A stretch of 63,949 nucleotides of DNA, filler included, from Barthelona sp. PAP020 (lineage: Eukaryota), in NCBI GenBank assembly GCA_040182905.1. It is 6 parts of 6 records of this genome, joined end to end, with 100 filler letters (N's around TTAATTAATTAA, not from the genome) between each part and the next. Parts side by side here need not be neighbours in the genome. Positions count along the whole stretch, not along the records: positions 54,791 to 63,949 come from JARQWU010000430.1; 5 more parts are not named here. One strand, 5' to 3'. Positions 63,706 to 63,949 of the stretch are shown here, piece after piece (position 1 is the first letter of the stretch; each line of letters opens with the position of its first letter). A program made the translations under genes and the position numbers. The notes under the pieces are model-generated. The model made no database searches. It was not told where the DNA came from and saw only the letters and a program-made list of their open reading frames with translations.

Positions 63706-63949
63706 TTTTTTGCATTCAATGGAATCAACAGCAATAGTTCTATGAAATGAATATATTTTTGTGTTTCTTTATAAACTCTTATTGATAAATTTTTTCGTTC
63801 TTTTTAAGGTTTTTTTAAACCTACAAAGTGTATTTAAAAAGAAAAGAATATTTCGTTGAAAAATAAAGAAGAAGGAAAGGTTTATACCATTTTTCTTCCT
63901 TCTTCTCATTTAAATATCCATTATGATTCAGATCATCCACTTTACATCA

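Noticed and set aside
1..63949. Alternative genetic code (stop-codon reassignment)
   Set aside because: Conserved genes are uninterrupted, and TAA, TAG and TGA all serve as stops at expected C-termini.
1..63949. CRISPR array, operons or prokaryotic defence systems
   Set aside because: No regularly spaced direct repeats; gene content is eukaryotic and includes spliceosomal introns.

Overview
AT-rich, gene-dense, intron-poor eukaryotic (protist) DNA in the standard genetic code. The window is not one locus. It is six contig pieces joined by five identical artificial 100-nt spacers (N44-TTAATTAATTAA-N44), and the pieces run in descending length order (>=10987, 10960, 10894, 10855, 10594, >=9159 bp), so gene neighbourhoods across spacers mean nothing. 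Gene content points to a flagellated anaerobe or microaerophile with a mitochondrion-related organelle; a free-living metamonad-like protist is an inference. Evidence: a PFOR fragment, a dihydrolipoamide dehydrogenase with a short leader, a bacterial-type Fe/Mn-SOD, DeoC, ciliary genes (DPCD, CCP6, dynein LC4, SPATA7-like) and a rich trafficking set (COP-beta, AP-3 mu, RME-8-like, Vps52, COMMD5, VAP, ELAPOR, V-ATPase a). Features missed by the ORF track: tRNA-Glu(UUC), two short spliceosomal introns, the PFOR, DeoC and COP-beta fragments, and a ~320-bp interspersed repeat in six copies. Best novelty leads: a ~500-nt hairpin-rich non-coding region beside the tRNA that carries a telomerase-template-like motif, the unclassified repeat, other structured intergenic RNA candidates, and unusual protein architectures (J-domain-less RME-8, RING-YEATS fusion, membrane-anchored DJ-1/PfpI, DHR2-less DOCK, archaeal-like SBDS, PH-gelsolin-Zn finger). 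All family calls come from motif recognition by eye; no database searches were run.
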